A stretch of 64,000 bases of DNA from the human T2T-CHM13v2.0 reference genome, Homo sapiens. The stretch is taken from NCBI RefSeq assembly GCF_009914755.1, contig NC_060928.1; one strand, given 5' to 3'. The position numbers were made by a program, and so were the translations under genes. Positions 1-12,499 of this stretch are shown here, in pieces; position 1 is the stretch's first letter; the number at the start of each line of letters is the position of its first letter. The notes beneath the pieces are model-generated. The model was not told where the DNA came from, did no database searches, and worked only from the letters and a program-made list of their open reading frames with translations.

Positions 1-649
<649 letters not shown>

Positions 650-1021
650 TGATATGGTTTAGTTCTGTGTTCCCATCCAAATCTCATCTTGAGTTGTAAC
701 TTCCATGGTTCTCATGTGTCGTGGGAGGATCCTGGTGGAAGGTAGTTGAGTCATGGGGGTGGGTCTTTCCCATCCTGTTCTCACGATGGTGAGTAGATCT
801 CATGAGATCTGATGGTTTTAAAAATGGGAGTTTCTCTGCACAAGCTGTCTCTTTGCCTACTGCCATCCAAGTAAGATGTGACTTGCTGCTCCTTGCCTTC
901 TGCCATGATTGTGAGGCCTCCACAGCCACGTGGAACTGTAAGTTCACTAAATGCTTTTTCCTGTATAAATCACCCAGTCTTGGGTATGTCTTTTTCAGCA
1001 GTGTGAAAATGGACTAATGCA
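650..1021 (+). mobile_element. THE1C-like 3' LTR
   Basis: TGATATGGTTT...GGACTAATGCA termini; AAAAATGGGAGTTT and GCCATCCAAGTAAGATGTGAC resemble THE1C. Confidence 0.88.
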
Positions 1022-1485
1022 GGCACAATCTAATCACGTGAGTCCTTAGGAGCAGGAAACTTTGGCTGGACTCAGGAAGATACAATAGCAGGAGAAGGTA
1101 GAAGAGATGTGGTAGAAGGGACATTCAGGGAGATTCCAAGCCTGCAACTCAATGTGCTGTTGCTAGTGCTGAGATGTAAGAGTCACATGGAACAACAAGA
1201 GAGAGGCTTCTGGGAGCTAAGTGTGGCTGTTGGCTGATAGGAAGCAAATAAAGGAACTAGTTCTACAACATTAAGAAACTGAAATCTGTTAACATCCTGA
1301 GTGAACTTGAAGTGGATTCATCTCTATAGTCTCCAGGAAAGAGCTAGTCCTGTTGACACTTCCTTGGTTTTAGTCCAGTGAGATCCATTTCAGGTTTCCA
1401 AACTACAGAAACTGTGAGATAATAAATGTATGTTGTTTTAAGCCACCAAATTTGTGGTAATTTGTTACAGCAGTAATAATAATTT
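1022..1485 (+). mobile_element. MLT1E/MLT1D-like LTR, 3' part (host of the THE1 insertion)
   Basis: MLT1 3' signature AGAAACTGTGAGATAATAAATGTATGTTGTTTTAAGCCACCAAATTTGTGGTAATTTGTTACAGCAG. Confidence 0.8.
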
Positions 1486-3346
1486 AAAAAAATGGTGTGC
1501 AGAAGATTATATCTGCATTATGAGGAGGCAGGTGCAGACTGTGGTAAAATTTCTATTATTTTTCCTTACTCCTTACTCCATGTTCTGATAATAATGGAAA
1601 TATAAGTAAATACTCCAAAACCCTTTTCTTATGTTACTCAGAAGTCTGGTATTAAAAATTGTACATTTCTATTTTTATCTGTCAAGATTTTTAACTAGAA
1701 ATGTCATCATTTCTTAAAGTATTTAAAAAATGGTATATTAGATAGATAGTCAATTTTTCTTCTCTCTGCAGTAAGAGTTTTCACTTAACTGGGATATTTT
1801 TATTCTTAGCCAATACTTATAGGAAAGCTGTGGAACAAAGGGTTGTGTTACTCTGAGAGTTTTTTGAGATTAGATTCTTTATAGATTTTTATACGAGGGA
1901 AGAAGAGGAACGAGTTTTCCCTCCTGGTATATTGGAATATAAAAAGAAAACATTTAAGGCTGCTCTCTACTTATTGGTTATGAGATAGGTGCTGGTAACT
2001 AAGGTTGGTTGTGTTTTTTAACATATGAGATTTATGCCTTTTGCCAAGGGAAATAATTCCAGAACTAAATATGTTTTTCCTGTTGGTTTATCTTTGTATT
2101 ACTTTTTATATTCCAGGCTTTCTCATGGTCTACTGCCCTCATGTGGATCTGTTTGTGAGAATTAAAAACAACTGCCTAATCAAAAACTTGTTAATAACTT
2201 CAGCTGGTCTCCTTTTACAATTAATCTAGTTAGTTTAGCATTTATAAACATACAACATTGAGTTTTGGAATAATTACTTTTCAACACTAAAACTGTGAAA
2301 CTTATCTGAAAGGACTATTCTATCCTGGACCAATATCCTTCAGAAACTTAAGAAAATAACCAACAAACCTGATCTTAAAGCAGAGGATTTTTTCTTTCAC
2401 TGAATGAATTTGAAGTGAATACTTTTTGTTGATTAGCTCCCTTTTTCTTAGTTTTTGGATTCAAATAATTAAAGCTATAGTAAATAGAAGTGTCTCTTTT
2501 TGTGTGTTCGAACTTCAGAAATAACGCTAAGAAGAATTTAGAATTTAAAATGGTACATACTTAACCTTAAATGAAAATAGAATTATAGGGATTATCAGAT
2601 TGAACTGACTCACAATGATTTAGATTACATTTACTTAATTTCTTTTGAGAATAATTGTATTTTAATACTTACATTTCCTTTCATGTTGATTCCAGAACTT
2701 AGATTACTAATTATCTTAGCTTTCAAGGGAAAAATATTTAAATAAATAATGTATTATTCTGTTTAATTTTATTTTATTGTCAAGAAAAATAATTTAGAAT
2801 CTACTCACCTTAACTGGGACTTTCCCTTCCTTGTTGTGACTCTGTTTCAGGCTAACAAAAATCAAGCACTTTTCCTGACACAGATGTACTATTATAATTT
2901 GTATTTTCAGATTTTGTAAAGTATTTTTCATTATTTCTTAAAAATCTGGTTATACATATAATACATTGTCATTCTAAAAATGTTTGGGGAAATTTTGTGA
3001 AGAAGGCAATAGAAATCACCTCTCACTAAACAATCAAAAAATGTTACTATTTTTGGGGATGTTTATTTTTAAGACTTTTATTATACATATATAATGGACA
3101 TTTTGCAAGAAAATTAGTATCATTTTTCTTATTCCAATATCTTTCACTTGGCCCAAGACATACTTCGGAGAAATATATGGATGGTCAGAGAAGATAGGTA
3201 GAAAAACAAAGGATAATAATAAACTTTTGCCATTCAAAATAAGATTTTCCAGAATGTCTTCAAAACCAGTCTTCATTAGAGATAAGGATTTTCCTAAATT
3301 TATTTTACTTCACATTTAACCTGTTAAGCAGCAGGGCCTAGAGGGC

Positions 3347-3738
<392 letters not shown>

Positions 3739-4582
3739 TAGAAATGTGACCAAGAATTGAGGAAACATGACAAGGAAAGGAGAGAAAAAGAAAGAGGACA
3801 AAGAGATTGAGGAGGTGTTCAGGATCCAAGCTAATAGTGCCCCTTCACTTTCCTGTCTCCAATCCAAGCCAAAGGGCTAAGCCTCAAAAAGGGGAAAAGG
3901 GTTACTTTACAAATATACAGAGTAGCTGAAAAAAGCACTGAAGGCAGACTAGAATTGAACTAAAATGAGGTGGCTATTTAAGGGGACAGAGCTGACGAGT
4001 AGGCAGAGAGAAGAAGAGGGAGTCAAATTTGCATGTAAGACTCATGTGGTTATATGGTGCTGTGCTGGCTTGAGTGCCTGGTTGCCAACTGGGGTAGGCC
4101 ATTGAAAGGATGTGCAGTGCTCATAGCAGAGGCTACAGGTGGGGCAGGTGGTTGGAAAATATGGCAAAGCTTCGAAAATGATTTTAGACAGTTAGAGTTA
4201 TGTGGAAGTCATGTCAACCAGAAGGGCTACTGAGAATAGACTGAAGGGAAGTAAGGTCATGAGTTGTGTCATCTGTTGACACCCACTTTAAACACTAACA
4301 GGGAGAGCCAGGCAGACAAGGAATGTTGCTGTGGAGCACAGAGTAGCCAAAGGTTACTTGGCTGGTACAATGACTGACTTCTGTTCAGCAAAGTTACATG
4401 ACTTCTTTTGCCTACATTCGTCTGGACATCATCTTAGAAAGAAGCAGGGGTTTAGTGAGAAATAAAAATAAGAGAAGCTGAACAATTATTCCAAAAGACG
4501 AATGTTTAGCTTGACTAAAGATCGAGTAAGAGCTAAAGTAAATACAGTTTTCTCTGCTACCGAGGGAGTAGAAATTTGAAAG

Positions 4583-4880
4583 TGTTAAAGAAAAATTATG
4601 GGAGGCCATTGCTTTGGACCGAACTCCTGCACTAGGCTCCAGTAGACAAGACTAAACCAAAAAAGCATCACTCATGTTAAATGCCACATAATCAAACTTT
4701 AAGGAAACAGAGAGGTCCCCAAACAGACCAGTTTTTCGTAGAAACAGAAGATTCCAATCTACCTGCATCAGAGTAATAAGGAGGTCACTCTGCTTTAACC
4801 CTTACAAAAAAGTAACCTGAAGTAACCTGATGTTCACCAGTTCTTTCTTCCATTGTTCTGTTTCCTTTTTCCCATCTTAT
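4583..4880 (+). mobile_element. ERV1-class LTR 5' fragment (MER83/MER84-like)
   Basis: Starts TGTTAAAGAAAAATTATGGGAGGCCATTG...CTCCTGCACTAGG, resembling MER4-group LTR starts; subfamily uncertain. Confidence 0.65.
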
Positions 4881-4989
4881 ATAACTATATATGTAAATAC
4901 ACACAGAGACATATATGTACACACATGCATGCACAAAGGAAATAAAATTTGTATGCTATCATATTTAATATTATAGCATAGCTATTTTC

Positions 4990-5620
4990 TCCCTTCAATA
5001 ATTAAGTTTGAAATTATCCATTTAAAAGTATGTATTGTGAAATATAACACACATTTATGAACTAAATTCACACGAAGAAGCCTACTGTGGATTACTTCTT
5101 AGTTCCTCAATTCAGTAAGTGTTTACTAACATTAATATTTGCTAATTTTTAAATTTATAAAAATTATTATCTCATTGTTACATAATCTTTATCAACTACA
5201 TATGCTCCATAAGCAATATGGTATATTTTTTCTTTTAAAAAATTCACATAATGAACTTATACTGTATGTTTTATTTTGTAGCCTACTTTTAAAACAACTC
5301 AACATTGTGTTAAGTATTTAATAAATTTTAAACATTGTATCAATGACATTATATGACTAGGCCTTTTTATGTATGTTGTACAATATTATATGACTATATC
5401 ACAAAATTTTAATTTATTCTATTAGCGACAACATCTGAGGTGTCTTCATTACTTTGCTATCAGAAACCACACTGCTGTAATCATCTTCGTACATAGATAT
5501 TTTATGATGAAGAGTATGAATTTCTCTAGGGCATATCATACAGATGGAATGAATGTGTTACAGATTACCTATGTTTTCCACTCTATTAGCAATGCCAAAC
5601 TATTTTCGGAATAGATTAAA
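4990..5620 (-). mobile_element. Highly decayed L1M (L1ME-like) fragments
   Basis: Residual antisense L1 3'-end motifs (TTTGCTATCAGAAACCACACTGCTG, TTTCTCTAGGGCATAT, TGCCAAACTATTTTC). Confidence 0.45.
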
Positions 5621-7969
5621 ACAACAAATTATACTTAGTAGTTTTGGAAAATATTTTTTCAAGTAGATACTTTATGATTTGGGTATCTATTTCTTTAGCT
5701 TGGAATTGAGATTTTTTTAAATTTATGATTTATTTAACACCAGTAAAATTAATATCTTCGTGTGCTCTATACACTGTGTCAAAGTTTCTATGTATTTCCT
5801 TTTAATCAATTTTTAGATTTGAAATTATGCTGATCAAGTTTGATCATTTTCGTGTCCTTGATAAAATTTTCATGCTTAAATACACTCTTATATGAGATCA
5901 TCCACATATATCTATTTTCCTTGCCACCTGTGAAACATAGTGCTCTTATTAAGAGTCATTGTACAATAACATCAAAGAACAAATAGACTTGAAAGAATCA
6001 AGTACAGTATTTATATTTTTTCTTACCCGTATCAGCTATTGACTATAAACAGGGGCGTTTGCCAGTTTTCCAGAATAGTAGGAATGCTTTTTTTACTCAA
6101 ATTCTTTTCATTAGAATATTGAAATTACCATATACTAGTCTGAGAACTTTTTTTTTAAGTGTCTGTCATTTCTGGTTATGCCTTTTTTGCTTTACAAGAA
6201 AAAAGGCCCATGATAAAACTTCTGCAAATCTTGCTCTGATACACAAAAGAGCAAATGCTTCTCTTTTTATGACTAGTGCTAAGCAAAGCAATATATGTAA
6301 AATATTTTTAGCTAAATCATCATAGAATTTCTGAGAAAAATTTTAGTACATCTGGAAAAAAAGGAAAGCTCAAATAATTCTAAAAAGGTTATCTGATATG
6401 TATCAAATCTGTAATTGTTTTGCATTGATTTTAAACATCATTGGCTATTCTTAAATATATTTCAAATTTTTTTAAATGGCCACAATTATTCTATGGAATT
6501 CCTTGAGATTTTATTTCAAATTGTGTTTCTTTTTGGATGCACAGTTATTTTTAAAGGGTTAATCATGCAGAAATGTAAGCTGTGAATCAATAATAACCAT
6601 GCTGGAAATTAACCTCCAAGGGAAAGGTAAATCTACTGAGATTGTACAAGACAGAACTGCATTAATGCCAGTCAATTTTATTTAGATTGAATCGCCTACA
6701 ACTAGAGCTGAGTTAACCAGAGCCCGCAATTTCTTTTTTTATTTCTTTCCTTTAGTAGTGGCCTAGGTGATTTGATTTCAATTCACCTGGGGTTTTGAGA
6801 AACAAAATCCTCCCCCATAAAAACTGCATGGTGTTTATGACCACCACAGGGATAGTTTAAAAAACAATGAAAAAAGTGGGCTTATGAAAAATAAAGCTGG
6901 CTAATTACAGCAAATGGGCTTAATTTAAAAACCACAGGTGCCTCTTTTATAAGGTTTGGTTGTGCTCTTGCCCATAGCATGTTAATATATTATGGGATAA
7001 AACTGAAATCTTTGCTGTGGCCAGCTTTAAATGGGGGAACATTTGGTTCAACTCTATTTACAGTTTGGATCGTATATGATGTCATAGAAAATATAAAACC
7101 TGCAAAGACATGTTTCTGCCTTGAGGTATATAATATCTAGTTCATTATTTATGAAATTCAAGTAAAATAATATCAATTAATGCCGTGTCAAAGAGCTCAT
7201 TTGCTACATATTTTGTCTTAAGTAGAAGTACAAAAGGGTTTATTCAATAGTTTATACTATTTTACTTTTAGAAATCTGTGATATGAGAAGCATTAAAATG
7301 TAGTTAGTGAAAATAATTTTTGCTAAAATAATTTTGGTTATGGTGGATTTCTATAAGCTTATAATGCCTGACTTTTGATACATGTATTTTTCTGATAGAT
7401 GTCTCCTAGATGTGACAGGCTTTCAAATCTCCTTACTCTAGGCACTGAAAGTTTAGGTTAGTTCCTTGGGGTTCTTGTGTTTCTAAATCAAGCAAGTATC
7501 TAATCTTTTTCTTGTCCTTGAGTAGTTAGAAGTTGCACCATAATCAGAGATTTAGAACAGAATTACTTAATGAGAATCAGGGAGGAAGCCAATGAACCCC
7601 AAAGATTACCATCTTGAAATTAACCCAAGGCAGTAAAGAGAACAACAAGTCATACAGACTCAGTTTCTAATTGCTTTGCGAAACAAACATATTATAAATA
7701 CTTCACCTAAAATTCACTAAATAATATCATGTTAGATACTTTATTGAATGTATGCATAGATTCATAGATTTCAAATAAGCTAAGAAATCTCACATGGTTA
7801 CAGGTATGTATCTATTCATTTTTTATTTTTATAAGAGAAAAATCTATTCAAGCTATTTTGGTTTAATTAACTTTTGTATTAATTTTATGGTTATATTTGG
7901 AAAGCATATGTTATGTCACAGAATGAAACCCTCATGTCCTTAATCTGTAAAATTAAGATACTACATCCT

Positions 7970-8349
7970 CCTTGGAGGTTTGAATAATGATGTTCCCTCC
8001 AAAATTCATGTTGAAACTTCATCTTCATTGTACTAGTTTTAAGACGTGAGGCCTTTTGGGGAATTGATTAAGTCACAAGGGCTCCAAAATCATGAATAGA
8101 TTAGTGCCTTATAAAAAGGTTAGAGAAAACTAGCCTGGGTCCTTTTTGCCCTTCTGCCATGTGAGGACACAATGTTCACCCTCTCTGCCATGTTGAGGAC
8201 ATGGCCAAAAGCCCCTTACCAGACACCAAATGCTGACAGCTTGAACTTGGACTTTCCAGACTTCAGATCTGTGAGAGGTAAGTTTCTGTTCTTTAAAAAT
8301 TACCTAGTTTTGAGTATTTTTAAATAGCAGCTATACATAGAACTAGACA
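7970..8349 (+). mobile_element. MSTD/MSTC-like solo LTR inserted in a MIR remnant
   Basis: CCTCCAAAATTCATGTTGAAAC...CTTCTGCCATGTGAGGACAC...TTGGACTTTCCAG; MIR-like flanks (ATCTGTAAAAT, CTCAATAAATG). Confidence 0.8.
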
Positions 8350-9414
8350 TAGAGTTCCTAGTGAAATTGCAGGAACTCAATAAATGGTACAATTATGTTG
8401 TTGTGTTTACAGTAATATATTCATTTCTGACATTTCTTATCTGAAAAATCTCCCTGTTTTAAAATAATATTTTCATTATCAACTGTTACTAATTACATTT
8501 GATCTGGGACTCATTCTCATACACAGGTCAAATATGTACACATATTACTAGCAACTAGTATTGATCACGTTTTGCTGATATTTTAAGAAAACTTCTGCAT
8601 AACTTTCTTTACATCTAAATACATTTCCATTTTCACCATTATATTATGTTTTGAAAAGAACAATCCTATTAAACATTAATAAAAAAATTTCCTACCATCA
8701 TATGACTCAATATCTTAATAACAGCCTATAGAGCTTATTTTGCATCTAATACATTACAAATGGTATGTTATGTTATGCATATTAAACATATTTCTAGCCC
8801 TTACAACACACATATTATGATCACTTGGATACGATGTGGAGAGAGTTGAAAAGATTATGTAATTTACCTACAGTGGCTAAAACATGAACTGATACAGGTT
8901 TGTCTGACTCTTACTTTCCCAATTTTTCTAGAAACAGTCATCTTTTATTGAGGTTGACTCAACCAACCAGCTGATGCTAAGCCTAGAGCTAGGTTGCCTA
9001 GATTTGGAAAGTTTATTTAAGTAGGAATTCCTTTTCTTTGGATAGTGCTGACAACAGTAAAGCTTAAATGCTTTGCTCAGTAACAACACATTTTTAGCCA
9101 TATCTATATAAGATACACTGATATTACTTTATTCTCCTTTAAAGAGTAAGTCCGTGGAATATTGAACTTCCTAAACACTAACTATAGCAAATACTTCAAT
9201 ATACATAATTGAGATGACATTTGATATTTAATTGACTGTTGCATTATAAAACTTTAGAAATTAAAGGGTCACCATAAATTAGTCCACTTAATATTGAGGT
9301 CCATAGGATTTGCAAAGACCTACAACTGGAACACAGGTCGTTGTCAACTAAATGATATTCATGTAGAAAATTGAGGTAAAATGTCTTAATGCACTAAAAT
9401 TTAGGCTGAATGTA

Positions 9415-11427
9415 AGGTTCATTTGTTCATTCAGTAATTATTAAGTGTCTTCCATACATCAGATGTTGTTTTAGGTACTAGGAACTTGATGGTGAATGAA
9501 ATAGATAAGATGAATCACAGATAAGGTTCCTGCTCTCATGGGGCTTATTGCCTAGTGGAAGATAAAACAACTCACAAGCCAGGGAACAAATAAATTAAAA
9601 CATTTCAGATTTTGATAAATGCAATGATGAGCCTAGCATGGAGACTGAGAAATGTGTGTGTTTGCACATGTGTGTGCCCATCTGCTTGTATATATGAAGG
9701 TGTATGTGGAATACTTCAGGGAAGAAACTCTGAGGCCGTGATATGTATGCTGAGATATTTGCCATTCATACTACAATAACAAGCCCACCATGGAAAATCT
9801 AGCAGTGTGTTTCAGAAAAAAAAAAGGCCCTGAGATCAAAACAAAAACAAACAAACAAAAAAACCTTGGAATGGTGAGGAAATAGAATTAAGGCCAATAT
9901 GATTAAAAGTAGTTAATAAGGCATTTAAACATTTGTGCATATAAGTGGCCTAAGTGTAGTGGTGAGTGATGTGATATGCTTTACATGTTTCAAGGATCAG
10001 TTGGACTGCTACATAAAGAAAGGAGAAAAAGGTCTTTTTATTAAGGAATTAATGTTTATAACCCATTCAATCGTTTATTCAACACTGAGTTCCTACTTTG
10101 TGCCAATCACTCTTCTAGGCACTGAGGTAATAGCAGCGAATACAACAAAGTCCTGAATCTCACAGCCCTTACAGCAAAGAGAGGGTAGGCACACAAAAAT
10201 AAACAAAAACAAAAATTAGATGGTGGTAAGTACTTCAGTCCAAGCATACACCATGGTAATCAAATAGGAAGTGAAGTTGTATTGGTGTGTCTTGCTAATT
10301 TATACAAGTGATTGAGGAAGATTTCTCTGATTAATTTACATCTGAACGCAGACTACAAGACAGTAAGGGGATTTGTAATGTGGATATTTATGAGAAGAAC
10401 ATTTCAGGCAGAGAGCCACGTCAAGTACAAATTCAGTGAGGTAGGGGGAATTTTTATGTATTTTGTCCTTCATTTTGTCAAGAAATGCAAAAGAAAGGTC
10501 AGAATTTTGGCCTTTTATTCCTGGCATGTCTCTTGATTTTTGAAAAATATATTGCAAAATCTTTAGTCACTGTATATTACAAAGTCTAGCAGACTTTGAG
10601 AAAGACACTACTATTTAGAAAGCAAAAGAATGAGAAGCCTGTAGCAGTGGTTCTCAGGTCCTGCTGAATGAATATTATGCTACACCTCGGCCTTGGAGAT
10701 AGAAAATGTTTCCCTCTTAGGGCCACAGTTTTGGCTCAGGTGCAGCTCTCTATTGTTTTCCATGGCCCTTGATTCCACCTTCCAAGAATTCATTCCTCTT
10801 CTATTATTCTTTTTGGCTTCATCAGAAAGAGGACACTAACGAGTATACTCTCTTTAAAGTCCAAATCACACCCTGCTCATAAATATTTGGGGCCTCAAAA
10901 TTCTCCTTCAAAGATTGATTATTTGTCCATAATTCAGTTTTACCATATTGGGTGATAAGTAACACTGTTGTTTTATTATTAATGCATCAATTTGTGATGA
11001 ATTTGATTGTCTATTTGTTTTTATTATAAACAAAAATACTGTTTTTTCCATGAACATTTGAGATTAGCCAAGGTTACTAGGCATAGTAGATGCAAAGAAT
11101 AGGACACATTTCATGTCCCAAAGAAATTTATCAGAGGAGATTCAGAAGAACATCAATACTTACAGCAGTGAATAATAAATACTGTAAAAGTGGTCATGTT
11201 CAGTGTGCTCTGGGAGCAGGGAGGAGGACCTATCTAGCACTGTAGATCAGAGATAGGTTCCCACATTTGGTAATTGGTTTTCTAAGCCCAAAGCATAAAA
11301 AGTAATTAGCCAGAGAAAGAGAGATGTTTCAGCAGAGAATGTGTAAAAACAGAGAGTCCTGAGGAAGTGACATTCAATCATAAAATACAGAGGATGTTTT
11401 TTTGGCTGGAAAATAAACTTTCTATTG
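9415..11427 (-). mobile_element. Several decayed L2 fragments
   Basis: Antisense L2 3'-end motifs TTCATTCA...TATTAAGTG at ~9428 and CATTCAA...CTGAGTTCCTACTTTGTGCCA at ~10063; boundaries approximate. Confidence 0.55.
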
Positions 11428-11432
11428 GGAAG

Positions 11433-11980
11433 TGTATAGGCAGGTTTCTCTAGTGGGACAGAGCTAATAGGATAGATATATATATGAAGGGAAGTTTATT
11501 AAGGAGTATTGACTCACACAATCACAAGGTGAAGTCCCACAATAGACCATCTACAAACTGAGGAGCAAGGAAGCCAGTACGAGTCCCAAAACCTCAAAAG
11601 TAGGGAAGCCGAAAGTGCAGCCTTCAGTCTATAGCTGAAGGCCTGAGAGCCCCTGGTTAAATCACTGGTGTAAGTCCAAGAGTCCAAAAGCTGAAGAAGT
11701 TGGAGTTCAATGTTTGAATGCAAGAAGCATCCAGCATGGGAGAAAGAAGAAGTCCAGAAGACTCAGCCAGTCTGTTCTTCCCAAATTCTTCTGCGTGCTT
11801 TATTCTAGCCTCACTGGCAGCTGCTAAATGGTGCCCACTCAGACTGAGGGTGGGTCTGCCTCTCTCAGTCCACTAACTCAAATGTTAATCTCCTTTGGCA
11901 ACACCCTCATAGACGCACCTGGGATCAGTACTTTGCATCCTTCAATCTGATCAAGTTGACACTCAATATTAACCATCACA
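11433..11980 (-). repeat. HERV-L 3' LTR (MLT2A2-like)
   Basis: Minus strand reads TGTGATGGTTAATATTGAGTGTCAACTTGA...ATACA; direct repeat of 17635-18180. Confidence 0.93.
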
Positions 11981-12499
11981 AGTCCACACCTTTTCAGATT
12001 GAACCCATACACATCTCCTGAATCATACGTAATCTTCAAATAAAGACAATAATAAGGTGATAATTACTCCAAACACAGTACAGGTATCCTTCATATAACA
12101 GGATGTGCACTAATCCTTAACCTAAATGCTATTACATAAAGTTAACAACACTTGAATGCAGTTATAAAGTCAATAAATCTTATGTCACATGATAAAGGAA
12201 AAGGAAAGGAAGTAAAATGAAAATATTTTCTTAATACAAGTGTATACATGCACAAACACGTTCTTAACAAAATAAGGAGAAATACTCATAACAATTACAG
12301 TCCTCGTTTCTACAACTAGTCACGTGGTCATAGCTGGTATTGATGACTACCTTCTTCTACTACCCATTCTGTATTCTCTTTACCTTCAGCAAGCACCTCT
12401 AGTAGTGGTTTTTTACCTGGTAGAGTGACTCTGAAGGGTCTCCATCATTTATAGTCTTGACTGGATTGGGTCGTTGTAGCTTCCCATTGACCTTAATCA

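Noticed and set aside
1885-1926. Possible 42-nt plus-strand micro-exon (TTTATAG|ATTTTT...CCTG|GTATAT; FYTREEEERVFPP)
   Set aside because: Weak donor, peptide not recognised, no partner exons; several equally good acceptor-like sites nearby (1771, 2117, 2850) suggest chance in T-rich DNA
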